Virus record (IMG/VR): IMGVR_UViG_3300000401_000001
Span: 3,786-67,785 of that record
Source: a virus
Strand: one strand, 5' to 3'
DNA length: 64,000 nucleotides
A model generated the notes under the pieces. It had not been told where the DNA came from and searched no databases. It saw nothing but the letters and a program-made list of their open reading frames with translations. Position numbers and translations under genes: made by a program. Every line of letters starts with the position of its first letter. Position 1 is the first letter of the stretch. Positions 59,568 through 64,000 of the stretch are shown here, piece by piece.

Positions 59568-60440
59568 TCACAATAGCTGAATGTAAATATAACCATTGCC
59601 AGCGTTGTTACCATTAGCACCAGTCTGATTTGCACCTATGTTATAGGATCCACCACCAGCTCCTTGATAACTCCAAGCTGATGCTCCACCACCAGAGTAG
59701 CCACCACCACCACCAGCACCGTTAGTTTGACCGCCACCACCGCCGCCGCCAAAACCACCATAAGCGCCACTGGTTCCACTTCCACCATTAGAACCGTTTG
59801 TAAATGATTGGCCACCCCAAGATCCACCACCATTACCAGTTAATCCGCCACCACCGCCAGCAGCACCACGACCATTACCACCACCACCATTACTACCACC
59901 ACTAGCCCAAGATGTGCTAGATCCACTCTCAACATTCCAGCGTCCAACATTGCTACCACTGCCACTAAAACCAGATGGCGCACCGCCACCACCGCCAGCA
60001 GCAATAATTAGGGGAGTATTATTAGTTTTAGTAACATATGTACCACCACCGCCACCAGCATCATAACAGTTACTACCACCCTGCGCACCAACAATCATTT
60101 TCAGAACATCACCAGCACTTAAGTTAAAATCACCCCTAACATATGCACCATTACCACCCCAAGGACCCCAACAATTACTACGACCACCTCTTGCTCCGTA
60201 TGTAGAAATTCTATAAGTCCCATTGGTGGGAACTGTCCAGTATTGATAACCAGAAACAACATTATAAAAGTCTTGATTGTTTTTCCAGCTATCAACACCA
60301 GAACCAGTTAGGGTATTTAAGGCAGAAGCGTAGTTTGTAGCTGTTCTAGTAGCATTCCCATGACCAAATCTAGCGTCAACAAAATCATAAAGAGCGCCAC
60401 CACCACCGAATGATAAGATTTTAGAGATTCCAATAGACAT
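59568..60440 (-). CDS. Glycine-rich-domain protein (290 aa)
   Basis: YQYWTVP..GTYRI...GA.GG, GGGGGTYV, LIIAAGGGGG, GGFGGGGG and GGGGGYSGG, the pattern of the ALK/LTK-like glycine-rich domain. Confidence 0.75.
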   Translation of the reverse strand: MSIGISKILSFGGGGALYDFVDARFGHGNATRTATNYASALNTLTGSGVDSWKNNQDFYNVVSGYQYWTVPTNGTYRISTYGARGGRSNCWGPWGGNGAYVRGDFNLSAGDVLKMIVGAQGGSNCYDAGGGGGTYVTKTNNTPLIIAAGGGGGAPSGFSGSGSNVGRWNVESGSSTSWASGGSNGGGGNGRGAAGGGGGLTGNGGGSWGGQSFTNGSNGGSGTSGAYGGFGGGGGGGQTNGAGGGGGYSGGGASAWSYQGAGGGSYNIGANQTGANGNNAGNGYIYIQLL

Positions 60441-60443
60441 ATC

Positions 60444-61310
60444 TTATGCGTTATCAGCGTACTGAACTTGCGTGCCAAATACTTTCCAGCTAGAACCATC
60501 AAGATACATGAAGTAATTAATCACATCATAACCAGCACCAACAGTTAGATTGGCACTGTAGTTTGTAATTGCAGTATTTCCATTCACCCTAACACCACTG
60601 ATTGTTCCTGTACCATTGATTTGACGAATGATAACCTGTGCAGTGTAAACAAAGCCAGCAACTGCAGGAACATTGTTAAAGTTGATAATAAAGTTGCCGT
60701 TATAGTTTGTTGGGTTCTCTGTCAGAAAAACATTTGCTTGAGAGTGATCAACAGTAGCTACACTAGACTTAGAGAATGAAATAACTCTTTCTTTCGTCTG
60801 CCCAAACTCAAAAGTAGAACCAGCGACCATTCTCAGGTGCTGATTAACAGCAGCATTATTATAGTATCTGTATGCGCTTAGATCTTCATCAGCACCGATA
60901 AGAGTCCAAGTTGCACCACTCTCAATAGTTACTGTATAGCCATTTGCAATGGTAATAGGTGCTGCAGAGAAACCATTAGTAAACTCAACTCCACCATTAG
61001 CGTTGGGTCCAATAGTGATATTTTCACTAATAGTTGTTCCATTAGTTCTAATAATAGAACCCTCACCAAGAGAAGGTCCACCACCACCCACACTATCCCA
61101 ACCAGGATTACCAGCTTGCGCATCCTGCTTATAGATTTGTGCCTCATCTTCGGTTGTATTGTACACCAGCGTACCAAAAGCTGGTGTACCCAAAGCATCG
61201 ATTTGTGTTTGATTTAGGTTTGGGAGATTGAGCTGCTCTGTAATTTGCAGAGCGGTAACAATCGCTCTGGTAGAGGCATCAATCTGGTTTCCTATAATTT
61301 TGGTGGTCAT
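60444..61310 (-). CDS. Tail-fibre-like structural protein (288 aa)
   Basis: IIRTN..TISENITI....NGFSAAPITIANGYTVTIESGATW motif common in marine phage fibre proteins. Confidence 0.6.
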   Translation of the reverse strand: MTTKIIGNQIDASTRAIVTALQITEQLNLPNLNQTQIDALGTPAFGTLVYNTTEDEAQIYKQDAQAGNPGWDSVGGGGPSLGEGSIIRTNGTTISENITIGPNANGGVEFTNGFSAAPITIANGYTVTIESGATWTLIGADEDLSAYRYYNNAAVNQHLRMVAGSTFEFGQTKERVISFSKSSVATVDHSQANVFLTENPTNYNGNFIINFNNVPAVAGFVYTAQVIIRQINGTGTISGVRVNGNTAITNYSANLTVGAGYDVINYFMYLDGSSWKVFGTQVQYADNA

Positions 61311-61329
61311 TTATTCTGCTCGTAAAGTT

Positions 61330-63999
61330 TTAGATAACGAGTTCACGAATATGAATAGTGTCGCCAGTTGCAGGTGGTGCTGAAATAGAGAAGTCAACAG
61401 CATTACCTGTAACTGTGTAGTCCACTCCAGGGATCTGGGCAACACCATTAAGGAATACCAAAATAGAATACGCAGTGTGTCCAGGTGAGATATTAAAGGA
61501 CTGCGTTACGCCATTACCACTGTAAGTCACTCCATTATTGCCGTTGGCAATACCAGTTGCTAATGAGTATTTATCTGCACAACCATATCTACCAGTGACA
61601 TCCAGATTACCATCGACATAAGTATTTCCACTAATCTTCAGTCTATTGCTGGCATCAGGAGCCATACCAATACCATAATTTGTTGTCCCATTAAATCTAT
61701 TGGATGTAATGGGAGTAGTATCACTCAGACCAAACTTATACCATGTCCCATTGTCATATACCCAACCAAGAGATTGACCAGGAACCCAATCAATATTGTA
61801 GCAAATATCACCGTTGTTAAAAGCAAGATTCCCTGCAAGATCAGGCAGTCCATTGAGTTCTTCAGCGAGGAAAGTTTGCTTCAGAACAGTACCATCATCA
61901 TTAGAATATACAAACTTCAGAGACTGAATCTCATTCTGAGATGTCAGTTTCTTTTGCATGGTCACAGGACCAGAGAATACAGATTCTAACTGGTTAGATG
62001 CACCACCAATAACCGTCAGCTTATCAGTAAGAACCAGCTCAGAGAATGTCTCAATAGTTGTATCTTCTTCACCCAGAACATTCAGCTGTGCAATATCTTC
62101 GTTGGTGATCTGACCCGTAACTGGGTTGATAACTTGGTTACCAACGAACAGCTCACCATCAGAGTTTACACCAGAATAGTATGCAACGCCTGCCGCTTCT
62201 TTGAGTGACTGAGATAGTCTAACTTGTTCTGGTTCCAGAACCTCAACCTGTGTAGATGGGAATGCAGTTGAGTAGTTACCAGGACCGAAACCCAGATACT
62301 CAAACGTATGACCAGATGCACGAAGAATAGAATAACGACGAAGTTCGATTGCAAGAGGGGCAACAGAACCATCAGGATTCAGTCTCAGAGGAATCTTACG
62401 ATCTTCTTCATCACCAAGTCTTGCGGTAACAACAATAGAATTCAGTACGTTAGATGTTGTGTTATATCCAAGGTTATTCTCACCTTCCAGAAGGAAGAAT
62501 TGTGCAGTCTCCTTTGTAATAGAAAGTTGTGTGTTTACATTAGGTGTTGGTGATGCGCCATCTGTTGTTCTAACAAGACCAAGAATCTCGTTATCTGCAA
62601 CAGAAACCGCTGCAGCAGGATCTGCTACTGGGTTATCTCTGTCGAATGCTGGATAGATATCTACAGTATTTTGAGAGAACGCAAAGTCGTCAAAGTTTGA
62701 TGTGGATGGATTTACAGATGCAGAAAGAACTGTCAGATAATAGATACCATCAGCAACACCACGCTCAAACGTCTGGAAAGTCTCTACATCATAGATGTAG
62801 TAAGTCTTACTATACGCAGGCGAGTTAGTTTCAGACGATCTAGGTTGTAGAACGAAACCTGTAATAGGTGGACGAGGAATGGGGAATGCATCTTTATCCA
62901 GAACATAACGGAAACGATATGTTCTGTCGCTCAGATCACGAGCATCGGGTACACGACGGATAAAGGTTGTAGGTGTAAATCCGAGATTTTGATAGAGAGA
63001 GTTTGCCTGAAGTGTGGTATAGATAGTATTGTCAGCACCAGCCGACTCAACTTGTAGATACCACTGACCCCTATTGGGATCCCACTTGATAGGAGATTCT
63101 TCATCACCAGCACGGGTGCCAGTTACATCAGGACCAGAAGGAGAAATCTTCGCAAAGTGTGTAGTAGGTTCAGAAGCTCCAGATGCAATCAAAGCAACAT
63201 AAATTCTATCAGGAGTATTAACATCATCACGTCTTGCACCAATAGTATAACCCTGAATCTTGCTGGGCGGACGACCAAGTTCAGACGTATATCCATACAG
63301 ATAGAGTCTGGATGCATCTGCCTCTGAACGAGTTGCAGCAATATCAATTGTGATCCAGTTGATAGAAATTTCATCAACATCATCCAACGATTTGGGTGGA
63401 ATGATGTGAGTGATTTGACCTGCCTTATCTTTAGTAAATGCTGTTGACTTAAAGCCCTTGGATCTCAGCGATGTATTACCGAAATTGGAGTTTGAGTTAG
63501 TAATAGATAGGTCACCACCACTATCACTGAAGAAGTGATCACCGAATCCCACAGCGAAGACGGACACCACCTGAATAAATGCATCATTAGAAGCTTTAAT
63601 GTGTGCATGACGCCACCCCTTACGATACTCTGCAAGACCGTTAATGTGAGCACCAGAACCTGCTGCTTGTGGTTCGTAGTTACCTGTGGATTGGTTATAC
63701 AGCACAAATGCACGGTCATCTTTCTGGAGAGAAATACCTGTGAACTGTGCCACAACCATCGACTTAAAACCAGTCGCTTCAGCACCATCGGCGTGCATAC
63801 CATTGATGCCCCACACCGATCTTAGTGACATGTTAAAGATATATGGCGACGCAGAGTCAACCGTATCAATCTCAACCTTCACGAGGATGTTAGAACCAAT
63901 AGCATTACCTGAAGGTTCTGCTGACATCTGATAGGTAAACTGGTTACCTTGTGCTGATGTTACCAGGAACGATCCATTATAGAGTAGTTGATCTTGCTC
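61330..63999 (-). CDS. Tail-fibre-like protein (>889 aa, start lies beyond the window)
   Basis: The frame stays open upstream of the track Met (EQDQLLYNGSFLVTSAQGNQFTYQM). Contains DTVDSASPYIFN.SLRSVWG.NG.HADG and a C-terminal VFLNGVAQIPGVDY module. Confidence 0.75.
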   Translation of the reverse strand, partial: EQDQLLYNGSFLVTSAQGNQFTYQMSAEPSGNAIGSNILVKVEIDTVDSASPYIFNMSLRSVWGINGMHADGAEATGFKSMVVAQFTGISLQKDDRAFVLYNQSTGNYEPQAAGSGAHINGLAEYRKGWRHAHIKASNDAFIQVVSVFAVGFGDHFFSDSGGDLSITNSNSNFGNTSLRSKGFKSTAFTKDKAGQITHIIPPKSLDDVDEISINWITIDIAATRSEADASRLYLYGYTSELGRPPSKIQGYTIGARRDDVNTPDRIYVALIASGASEPTTHFAKISPSGPDVTGTRAGDEESPIKWDPNRGQWYLQVESAGADNTIYTTLQANSLYQNLGFTPTTFIRRVPDARDLSDRTYRFRYVLDKDAFPIPRPPITGFVLQPRSSETNSPAYSKTYYIYDVETFQTFERGVADGIYYLTVLSASVNPSTSNFDDFAFSQNTVDIYPAFDRDNPVADPAAAVSVADNEILGLVRTTDGASPTPNVNTQLSITKETAQFFLLEGENNLGYNTTSNVLNSIVVTARLGDEEDRKIPLRLNPDGSVAPLAIELRRYSILRASGHTFEYLGFGPGNYSTAFPSTQVEVLEPEQVRLSQSLKEAAGVAYYSGVNSDGELFVGNQVINPVTGQITNEDIAQLNVLGEEDTTIETFSELVLTDKLTVIGGASNQLESVFSGPVTMQKKLTSQNEIQSLKFVYSNDDGTVLKQTFLAEELNGLPDLAGNLAFNNGDICYNIDWVPGQSLGWVYDNGTWYKFGLSDTTPITSNRFNGTTNYGIGMAPDASNRLKISGNTYVDGNLDVTGRYGCADKYSLATGIANGNNGVTYSGNGVTQSFNISPGHTAYSILVFLNGVAQIPGVDYTVTGNAVDFSISAPPATGDTIHIRELVI

Positions 64000-64000
64000 A

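Noticed and set aside
59700-60070. (CCA/CCG)n low-complexity tracts resembling microsatellites
   Set aside because: They are poly-Gly codons of a coding gene, not independent repeats.
1-64000. tRNA, rRNA, or photosynthesis genes (psbA, hli)
   Set aside because: No cloverleaf-like segment or corresponding protein motif was recognised; tRNAscan/HMM searches would be needed to exclude them formally.

Overview
A 64-kb segment of a T4-like cyanophage (cyanomyovirus, probably infecting marine Synechococcus/Prochlorococcus). Every credible gene is on the minus strand. Read in transcription direction (high to low coordinates) it has four parts. (i) 64.0-57.3 kb: tail-fibre-like and glycine-rich virion genes. 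(ii) 57.3-52.0 kb: a flavin-dependent halogenase and a run of Fe(II)/2OG oxygenases. (iii) 52.0-40.0 kb: an accessory region of small genes behind at least 8 sigma70-like promoters that share an upstream quasi-palindrome; it includes an SF2 helicase, a restriction-endonuclease-like gene, a lysozyme, and a candidate origin with TTTTCCACA boxes at 40.5-40.95 kb. (iv) 39.7-0 kb: the baseplate module (NlpC/P60, PAAR-like, gp25, gp6, a 6622-aa gp7-like protein, a YHYH protein, gp9-like, gp8, DUF4815-type protein). The most striking observation is about 7 phycobiliprotein-like domains inside the giant baseplate protein, which keep the CxRD bilin-attachment motif and a beta-155-like Cys helix. Also notable are an apparent total absence of CCGG next to an orphan nuclease, and the DnaA-box cluster. 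All family calls come from motif recognition by eye; no searches were run. No tRNA, rRNA or CRISPR array was seen.
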